Below are positions 57,650-64,000 of a DNA stretch of 64,000 bases, piece by piece. The DNA is taken from the NCBI GenBank assembly GCA_036676395.1, contig JAKFCY010000003.1, positions 480,001-544,000 of the forward strand. Direction: 5' to 3'. A program made the translations under genes and the position numbers. The stretch's first letter is position 1. The number at the start of each line of letters is the position of its first letter. This stretch comes from Bdellovibrio sp. (lineage in GTDB: Bacteria; Bdellovibrionota; Bdellovibrionia; Bdellovibrionales; Bdellovibrionaceae). Below the pieces are notes generated by a model, which saw nothing but the letters and a program-made list of their open reading frames with translations, was not told the origin of the DNA and searched no databases.

Positions 57650-59320
57650 TTAAGGTTTTGATAAAGTCTGTAATTTAATAGGTACGAAAATTCCTTTTGA
57701 AATATTTGATCGTAATAAGTAAGGAACGGCATAATATCGGTTATACTGGTTCGGTATAACGCGAGAAGATTGTAGATCTTCAACCGCTAATTTAATTTTA
57801 GCTGTGTAGCTATCGATCGACATAAATGCATCATAGGCTGCTTTGCTTTTTTCCCAAAGGTTACCAATTTTAGCGCCCACGCCAGAATTAGCCGGTGGTG
57901 GTGATTGGAACACGCGCATCAAATCGGTGTAAGATTTTAGATCGCCCAGTGATTCAGATAATTTAGGAAACAAGAAAGAAAAGATTATTTTATTAAACTG
58001 ATGTTTTTCTTCTAATGAATAAGTCACAAACTCAGTTTTACCGTTTGATTTAGGTAAGACAGGTTTTCCTTTTGGGTCTAAAGCTAACTCTAAAAGATAG
58101 CCTTGCTGAGTGCTTGTATTGTTTTTTACGAAATAAATATCACGGCCAAAAATAGTATAAACTAACGAGCGCATATTCGATACACGTAAAGCCATTTCTT
58201 TTTCCCAGATAGGGCCGTCTTCTTCTTTTTCAAAGCGGTGATATTCATTCATTGGTTGGGGAACAAGTCCACGTAATAACGAGTGAATGATCTTAGTTGT
58301 TAAACCTTCATTACCACCTAGTGAAACAACATAGCGAGCATCAATAGTTTCAGCAGGACGCCCTAAAGCTTTTAAGATCATTGGTTGGTTAACAATCTTC
58401 TTAAAATTTTCTCGGTCTTCAGACAAAGCCAGCGAAATACTTGCTGCGGCCTGAAACGAATCTTGACCAGGGGTATAGTTTTTTAAATAAGTCTCAACAC
58501 CGTTAGTTACATAGCCAAGTTTTTTTGCGCGATCAAAAACATTATTTAAGGCAAAATCTACGAATTCAGGTTCGTTTAAAATTTTCTTAGAAACATATTT
58601 ATGAATGAGCTGGTTTGAGTGATATAACTCGCCAAGGGCAGCGCCGTCTAATTTAGCGTTAGGGCCTTTATCAGAAAACGCGATTTCGTAATCGATTTCA
58701 GATTCAGGTAATAGTGTGCGTACCGCAACCATGGCTTTTAAAACTGAACGGGCCATTGCGAAATATTTTTCAACTGAAGCTGCATCTACATAAGGACGAT
58801 CAGGGTGATGCCAAAAATGTGCATGGCCTAATTCAGCTACTGTACCTGCGTGAGCAAATGAATCTTCTAAGGTATGAAGACCCGCAGAGATCTTCATTAA
58901 GTTACCTTCCATTAAACCTTCAGTGAAAAGTTCTGTCGCAAATTCATGATCTGCTTCTGTTTCTGTATAAGTATTTAATTCAATTCCAGAAGAGGGATCT
59001 TGTTTCAATAAACCCGCGAATCGGGTCATTGCATCTTGAGGATTTAGTTTATTTGCTAATGGATCTCCCGGAAAATGTAATAGGCGGCGTTTTTTAATAC
59101 CTGTAGCAGGCAGAATAATCATACTTAAAGGATCAGAAATATAAGACTCATCCATCCATTGTGCGCCTAAAGCCAGCTTAAGTGCCACATTGTGTTTGAT
59201 GCCGGCAAAACGGGCCATCGAGTATGTTCCATAAAAGTGAGTATCGACATCATAAGCTGATGCAGAAACTGAAACTAATAAGATCGCTGGCATTATCAAT
59301 TTTTGAATAAGTTTTTTCAT
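57650..59320 (-). CDS. Secreted DUF6765-like / zinc phospholipase C-P1 nuclease-like protein
   Basis: Signal peptide then YDVDTHFYGTYSMARFAG; LHFPG; GLHTLEDSFAH; GHAHFWHHPD. Confidence 0.6.
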   Translation of the reverse strand: MKKLIQKLIMPAILLVSVSASAYDVDTHFYGTYSMARFAGIKHNVALKLALGAQWMDESYISDPLSMIILPATGIKKRRLLHFPGDPLANKLNPQDAMTRFAGLLKQDPSSGIELNTYTETEADHEFATELFTEGLMEGNLMKISAGLHTLEDSFAHAGTVAELGHAHFWHHPDRPYVDAASVEKYFAMARSVLKAMVAVRTLLPESEIDYEIAFSDKGPNAKLDGAALGELYHSNQLIHKYVSKKILNEPEFVDFALNNVFDRAKKLGYVTNGVETYLKNYTPGQDSFQAAASISLALSEDRENFKKIVNQPMILKALGRPAETIDARYVVSLGGNEGLTTKIIHSLLRGLVPQPMNEYHRFEKEEDGPIWEKEMALRVSNMRSLVYTIFGRDIYFVKNNTSTQQGYLLELALDPKGKPVLPKSNGKTEFVTYSLEEKHQFNKIIFSFLFPKLSESLGDLKSYTDLMRVFQSPPPANSGVGAKIGNLWEKSKAAYDAFMSIDSYTAKIKLAVEDLQSSRVIPNQYNRYYAVPYLLRSNISKGIFVPIKLQTLSKP

Positions 59321-59332
59321 ATCCTGATAATG

Positions 59333-59348
59333 TGCAAAATATAAACCC
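59333..59348 (-). promoter_or_regulatory. Putative sigma54 promoter
   Basis: Minus strand GGGTTTATATTTTGCA (GG-N10-GC). Confidence 0.45.
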
Positions 59349-59523
59349 TTCTAGATCAATTACACCAGTTTTGGACTGTCAAAGATCTGAACAGAGCCGT
59401 TAGATTGTCATCGCCTGGGCGGCCCGTCTCAGAATGAGATTCAGATATTTTCGCAGGATATTAACATATGACAAGTCTAGCCAACCTGAACTAGCGTGGC
59501 TGGTATTAAGCCTTTGGGGGGTT

Positions 59524-60156
59524 ATGAAATCATCATTAGTTATTGCCACATTCATTCTAACTTTCACTGCAGTTTTAAGTGCTTTTTCAGCTGATGATCA
59601 ACGCGTAAGAGCCGGATTATTCGAAGTGCAAAGCGCGTACAGCCAAACACAAATTTTATTTAACGAAGTTACACCTCAACAAAAAGAACGTGTTCGTTAT
59701 ATCAGTCAAAAATTAGCGCTTGCTGAGAGCTATTTACAACAATCGCTAAATCAGCTTCCGCCAAATCCGCCGCATCAAGAAGCGAATGTAGAATTATTTC
59801 GTAGTGATTCATGTAGCAGTGATTTAGTCGCTGTTGTAAATTCGACGACAGATTGTTCGCGATTTAACGATACCGAATCAGTTTGGGCGATTCGGGTAAA
59901 TAACAAATGCCAAGATATCGACGACACAAATTTAATGATGGGCTGCCGGGCATTTAAGGCGATGAATTCACCCCGTGCCGTGAAGCTTTACCACTCGGAT
60001 ACTTGCCGTGATTCAATGATTGCGGCGATTGATCATAACACCGCTTGCGAAAGCTTGACTGGCTTAGAAAATGTTTGGGCTATTCAAAGCAACGGACAAT
60101 GCCAAGACGTCAGTGATCTTGATGTTGTGACTGCTTGTAAGAGATTTAAGCCCTAA
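59524..60156 (+). CDS. Secreted protein with two Cys-rich tandem repeats
   Basis: ATG 59524 after a G-rich SD; signal peptide; duplicated L(F/Y)xSDxC...C...VWAI...CQD...C unit. Confidence 0.75.
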   Translation: MKSSLVIATFILTFTAVLSAFSADDQRVRAGLFEVQSAYSQTQILFNEVTPQQKERVRYISQKLALAESYLQQSLNQLPPNPPHQEANVELFRSDSCSSDLVAVVNSTTDCSRFNDTESVWAIRVNNKCQDIDDTNLMMGCRAFKAMNSPRAVKLYHSDTCRDSMIAAIDHNTACESLTGLENVWAIQSNGQCQDVSDLDVVTACKRFKP

Positions 60157-60257
60157 ATAAAATTTATCTCTAAATCTTAACAAAATTGCGCAAATCATTT
60201 GCGTGAATATGGGCATTTGGTCTAACCATTGACATTATTATTAGTAAACTTACTCTA

Positions 60258-60275
60258 ACCCCCAATTCAGGGGGT
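60258..60275. promoter_or_regulatory. Palindromic site upstream of the response regulator
   Basis: ACCCCC-aattca-GGGGGT in an AT-rich intergenic region. Confidence 0.45.
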
Positions 60276-60329
60276 GACGCTCTCTCAAGTTGACCTCAGA
60301 CTATATAAATAAAAAGGCGTCTAAATTGG

Positions 60330-61067
60330 ATGAAGATGCTCACCAAGAATGCTATAAAAGATAGCCTCCTGATGACAACTTTAAGAAAGAGTAGCTTGAA
60401 AACATTAGCTGAATTCGCACAGAGCATTTGCTTAGTCATAGAAGATAATACAACCCAATTTTTATCAAAAGTAGTGACCTCGGCCTTTCCGGGGATTTCT
60501 GTGCATTGTACACCTTCTATAAAAGAAGCTCAAAGCTGGTTACATGAGCGCACGACAAATACAAAACGGACTCCATTGTATTTAGCCTTAGTTGATTTGG
60601 GCTTGCCTGACGGATCCGGCTTAGAAGTGATTCGTTTATTAAAAGAAAAAGAGCCACATACACAGTCTGTTGTTGTGACGATTTATGAACAAGATAAATA
60701 TCTTTTCGAAGCCTTAAGTGCGGGAGCAGTTGGTTATCTACTTAAAAAAGATGATCCAAGTTTGTTATCGGATATTTTAAAACGCATTTTACATAACGAA
60801 CCCCCATTATCACCATCGATTGCAAATCGTTTGATTGAATATTTTCGCGAACCTGAAAAACATAGCACAATTAAAACTGAGCTAACCATTCGTGAAAGTG
60901 AAACTTTAGCGCATTTAGCTAGGGGATTAACCGTGGCCGAAGCAGCTGCACGCATGGGTTTAAGTGCGCAGACTGTAGCGGGTTATGTGAAAGTTATTTA
61001 TCAAAAGTTACATGTCTCTAATCGCGCCGAAGCAACACGCGAAGCCATTCGTCGCGGCCTAGTCTAA
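60330..61067 (+). CDS. NarL/FixJ-family response regulator (REC plus LuxR HTH); start uncertain
   Basis: LVIED, LVDLGLPDGSG, GAVGYLLK, LTIRE.E.L..LARG...IYQKLHVSNR. Confidence 0.92.
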   Translation: MKMLTKNAIKDSLLMTTLRKSSLKTLAEFAQSICLVIEDNTTQFLSKVVTSAFPGISVHCTPSIKEAQSWLHERTTNTKRTPLYLALVDLGLPDGSGLEVIRLLKEKEPHTQSVVVTIYEQDKYLFEALSAGAVGYLLKKDDPSLLSDILKRILHNEPPLSPSIANRLIEYFREPEKHSTIKTELTIRESETLAHLARGLTVAEAAARMGLSAQTVAGYVKVIYQKLHVSNRAEATREAIRRGLV

Positions 61068-61146
61068 TATGCCATAGCGACCCCATTACGCCGGGACTTT
61101 TTTACCGGTAAATTCTGTTTTATGGAATACGCCGCACAAGGCCTGA

Positions 61147-61162
61147 TGGCCCTGTGCTTGCT
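61147..61162 (+). promoter_or_regulatory. Putative sigma54 promoter
   Basis: TGGCCCTGTGCTTGCT, close to consensus, about 50 bp before ATG 61214. Confidence 0.65.
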
Positions 61163-61213
61163 CCTCTTTGTAAAATTAGGCAAAACACCTTTTACGAAAG
61201 ACGGAGTTCTCGT

Positions 61214-62482
61214 ATGTTCAAATTATTTAAAAGATTTGTCGTGATCATAGCATCACTTTATTCAACCCAAGTTTTCGCTGATGCTGTGCCTGCTTGTTAC
61301 GGCTTTACCGTCGCTGAAAGCCCAGAAGCTGATGCGGCAGTGGTCGAAAATAAAGAGATCTGGTGTTACCAGCAATTAAGTCATCCGCAAGGTATGCTTT
61401 TTGTTTTTAATGCTGATAGTGATACAATTAAGCCTGAATTGGCATTCACAGTAGATGCGGGCGGAGTCATGACTCATGCTTCGATGGTGCAAGGCCGGCG
61501 TTCGGTTCACAAAGTTTTAGTTAAAGAATTTAATCCGTTTTCAATACCAGCGAATGAACCAAAAGGTTTGCCATCGCTTGCGCCACAATATTTAAATCAC
61601 AAGATGCTAAGTTCAGCCAATGAAGCTTTACGCGTGTTATCCACGTCACGCTCAACATTAGCATCGCTAGCAATCGACACAGGCACTATCGTTGAAGATG
61701 CTGATATTAAACCCTGGCGTGGATATTGGTGGGCTTACAACGGGCGTCGTTTATCTAACGGATCAAATTCTCCGATGGCCAAATATGATCGCTTTGTTAA
61801 AGCCAGAACTGGGTCAAACCCAGGGGCGCAGTCATGGGAAAATTCGCGTCATCGTTATCACGGCATTAATTGGGAGGGTCATTGTAATGGGTGGGCGGCA
61901 AGTTCAGTTTTACGCTCAGAACCTAAGGCTTCAAAAATTGATCAACAATCAGGAATGATTTTTTCGGTGTCTGATCAAAAGGGTTTATTAGCTGAAACTG
62001 ATTACTGTGTAAAAATCGCATTTTTTGGTAATCGATATCGCGGCTCAAACAGCAATCGTCGCGATATTAATCCAGCGTTATTTCATAAAACTTTACGTTA
62101 CTACATTGGTAATTTAAAAAAACCAGTTGCTGCAGATTACAAACAACTAGCCGAAGTGGATAATCATGTGATTTCTGGCTACACGATGACTATCAAACAA
62201 ACCGGAGAAAATACTTATTCTGTGAAAACCCAAATTCGTATTCACAAATATGATAAGGGCACTAGCTCAGTTCCTGGAGAAGCTCCCATGTATACGCGTA
62301 CCTATTCGTATCGTTTGCGTGAAGCTGCAGATGGAAGTTTAACCGGTTCATGGATATCCACTAATCCAGACTTTTTATGGGTGCCGTTAGCCAGCGAAGA
62401 TTGTAACAATAACAATCCACGTATTGATCACGCCCGAATTCAGGAAATGTTAGATTTACCTGAAGTTACTTCTGATAATTAA
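61214..62482 (+). CDS. Secreted transglutaminase-elicitor-like cysteine enzyme
   Basis: PWRGYWW, SPMAKYD, WEGHCNGWA, DINPALFH, VDNHVI, NPDFLW; SD ggag. Confidence 0.65.
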   Translation: MFKLFKRFVVIIASLYSTQVFADAVPACYGFTVAESPEADAAVVENKEIWCYQQLSHPQGMLFVFNADSDTIKPELAFTVDAGGVMTHASMVQGRRSVHKVLVKEFNPFSIPANEPKGLPSLAPQYLNHKMLSSANEALRVLSTSRSTLASLAIDTGTIVEDADIKPWRGYWWAYNGRRLSNGSNSPMAKYDRFVKARTGSNPGAQSWENSRHRYHGINWEGHCNGWAASSVLRSEPKASKIDQQSGMIFSVSDQKGLLAETDYCVKIAFFGNRYRGSNSNRRDINPALFHKTLRYYIGNLKKPVAADYKQLAEVDNHVISGYTMTIKQTGENTYSVKTQIRIHKYDKGTSSVPGEAPMYTRTYSYRLREAADGSLTGSWISTNPDFLWVPLASEDCNNNNPRIDHARIQEMLDLPEVTSDN

Positions 62483-62507
62483 TATTTTATTTAGTATCTT
62501 TATATTT

Positions 62508-62541
62508 ATTGCTCCTTAGGGTTTCTGAGGAGCAATTTTTT
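62508..62541 (+). terminator. Rho-independent terminator
   Basis: attgctcctt...gaggagcaat followed by a T-run. Confidence 0.8.
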
Positions 62542-62599
62542 CGACTTTAGGCCAGCCCTAGACTTTGTCTTTCACTTTAAATTCTGCCAAAATTAATGA

Positions 62600-63166
62600 A
62601 TGGTAAAAAAAATAATTTCATTCTTATTCTGCACTGTTTTAGTCTCAATAGCTTCAGCCAAATCCGTAGTTGCAGAACTTGGATTATTTTATTTCACTGA
62701 TGATTTATCTTCGACAAGCAGTTTATCTACTTCACGCACAATCTATGATGTTTCAGTATTGATGACCTCTGAAGGCCGCAGACTTTTAGGTATCGGCTGG
62801 AATTACGTGGGTGTTTCTTCAGAAGAAAGTGCTGCGACAACGACTTCATATTCTTCAACCGAGACTGGCCCAAAATTCACCTACATGTTTGGTCGTGAAC
62901 AAGATTGGTATGTGGGTTTAGCTTATAACTTACTGGCGAAAGCTCAATTTTCAGATGCTAACGGCGAAGCCGAATGGCGCGGAACTTCACTTAAGGGTGA
63001 ATTCGGATTTATACCTAAGATCAATAATCGTATAAATGCCGGGGTAAAGCTTGTTTACCACCAAGCTAGTTATAACGAGCAAATCACGAACACGACGACT
63101 TTGACTCAGACGACCAATACAAAAACCATGATTTATCCAACATTTTCGCTGGTTTTTAAGTTTTAA
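62600..63166 (+). CDS. Small outer-membrane beta-barrel protein
   Basis: Signal peptide; alternating strands; C-terminal Phe (LVFKF). Confidence 0.75.
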   Translation: MVKKIISFLFCTVLVSIASAKSVVAELGLFYFTDDLSSTSSLSTSRTIYDVSVLMTSEGRRLLGIGWNYVGVSSEESAATTTSYSSTETGPKFTYMFGREQDWYVGLAYNLLAKAQFSDANGEAEWRGTSLKGEFGFIPKINNRINAGVKLVYHQASYNEQITNTTTLTQTTNTKTMIYPTFSLVFKF

Positions 63167-63288
63167 AAACGCCTTTAACGGCTACTCAGCTGTAAAATCT
63201 TCAATAGCAGTTTCTTAAAGGCTTTACGGTTTGCCTCTGGGCGCAGACTCCCTTATTTTTTGGGTTCGTTTTACTCGGGGGAGTTACT

Positions 63289-63963
63289 ATGATTAAGGCC
63301 TTTATTTTGACTTTCATTTTTGCGTTAAGCACCCAAGCCCAAGTGTGGGATCCTGCAGTTGATACCTTAACTATACCGACAGATTTTTCAGCGCGTGAAT
63401 TTAACGAATCTGATTTTCAAAACTACCCGTGGTTAAAAGAATTTAAATTAGTTGTTGTGATTAATAAAGCCAACTCTGGTAACGACCGCCAAACATTACG
63501 TGTTTTTGAAAATCAAAAAATAATTATGCTTACAAAAATTTCTTCAGGCCGCGAAGAGTACGAAAAAGGCTGCAACCCTGGTCAAGATCCGAAAAAAGAT
63601 CACTGTTCAAAACGCGCTTACTGGTCAACAACCCCAGTAGGGTATTTTGACGTTGATACATTAGACGAAAATTATTTTTCTAACCTATGGCAAACTTGGA
63701 TGCCGTATGCGGTATTTTTTGAATCAGGTATAGCGACTCACCAAGCCCCGGCGGGTACCGAAGGTAAATTAGGCGGTCGTGCTTCTGGCGGTTGCGTAAG
63801 AATGCATCCAAATATGGCGCCGGTGTTATTTAGTTATGTGCAAAAGGCTGGCAAAGGTTTAGTTCCGAAAGTAAATCGCGATGGCTCGGTGGCTAAAACT
63901 AAACAAGGTGACACAGTTCGCTGGCAAGGTTACAGAACTTTGGTTATTGTACAGAATAAATAA
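63289..63963 (+). CDS. L,D-transpeptidase (YkuD family)
   Basis: TPVGYF, MPYAVFF, IATH...ASGGCVRM. Confidence 0.9.
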   Translation: MIKAFILTFIFALSTQAQVWDPAVDTLTIPTDFSAREFNESDFQNYPWLKEFKLVVVINKANSGNDRQTLRVFENQKIIMLTKISSGREEYEKGCNPGQDPKKDHCSKRAYWSTTPVGYFDVDTLDENYFSNLWQTWMPYAVFFESGIATHQAPAGTEGKLGGRASGGCVRMHPNMAPVLFSYVQKAGKGLVPKVNRDGSVAKTKQGDTVRWQGYRTLVIVQNK

Positions 63964-64000
63964 TTTTAGAGGATTGGCCGTTGAACTTACAAGAACACTT

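Noticed and set aside
309..61958. Many short ORFs in the track that are antisense to or nested in long genes (e.g. 4106-4417, 9863-10348, 15907-16341, 22129-22554, 38750-39145, 41731-42096, 57469-57783)
   Set aside because: Shadow frames of well-supported genes, with no motifs or ribosome-binding sites
48657..64000. tRNA-Val as the integration site of a large island or prophage
   Set aside because: No integrase, no phage genes and no duplicated tRNA 3' end seen in the window
1..64000. CRISPR array, rRNA, IS/transposase or recognisable riboswitch
   Set aside because: No regularly spaced repeats or diagnostic motifs found by eye; an Rfam or CRISPR scan would be needed to exclude weak cases

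Overview
AT-rich chromosomal window that, by gene content, comes from a predatory Bdellovibrionaceae bacterium. This is inferred from the hit-locus-type Tad/Flp cluster with Bd0108-like and RHS/Bd0109-like genes, a TIGR02147-type protein and a secreted DacB-like enzyme. Bases 1-46.6 kb are mostly core genes: murD, lptM-like/dapF/dapA/dapB/tal, ftsK, queE-fis-dnaB, the Tad/hit locus, ftsEX-envC-ctpA, tig, an ArsA/GET3 ATPase pair with a TPR lipoprotein and gshA, pepA, clpP-clpX, a dacB-like gene and lon. After tRNA-Val(UAC) at 48657 comes an accessory-looking stretch of secreted proteins, envelope enzymes and regulators. Main observations: (1) a ~1.9 kb islet (53.1-55.0 kb) bounded by a 27/28-bp direct repeat of the TIGR02147 gene 3' end, carrying a CI/LexA-type HTH-S24 repressor and a divergent lipoprotein separated by a double palindromic operator; (2) a recurring GTCTCA-N3-TGAGAY intergenic palindrome, often near sigma54-type promoters; (3) an exact 19-bp element placed right after the stop codons of two unrelated genes; (4) a 58-aa LptM/YifL-type lipoprotein missed by the ORF track; (5) a pilin-like gene with no leader peptide; (6) a secreted protein resembling oomycete transglutaminases. 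All calls come from reading motifs by eye; no database searches were run. No CRISPR array, rRNA, integrase or transposase was seen.
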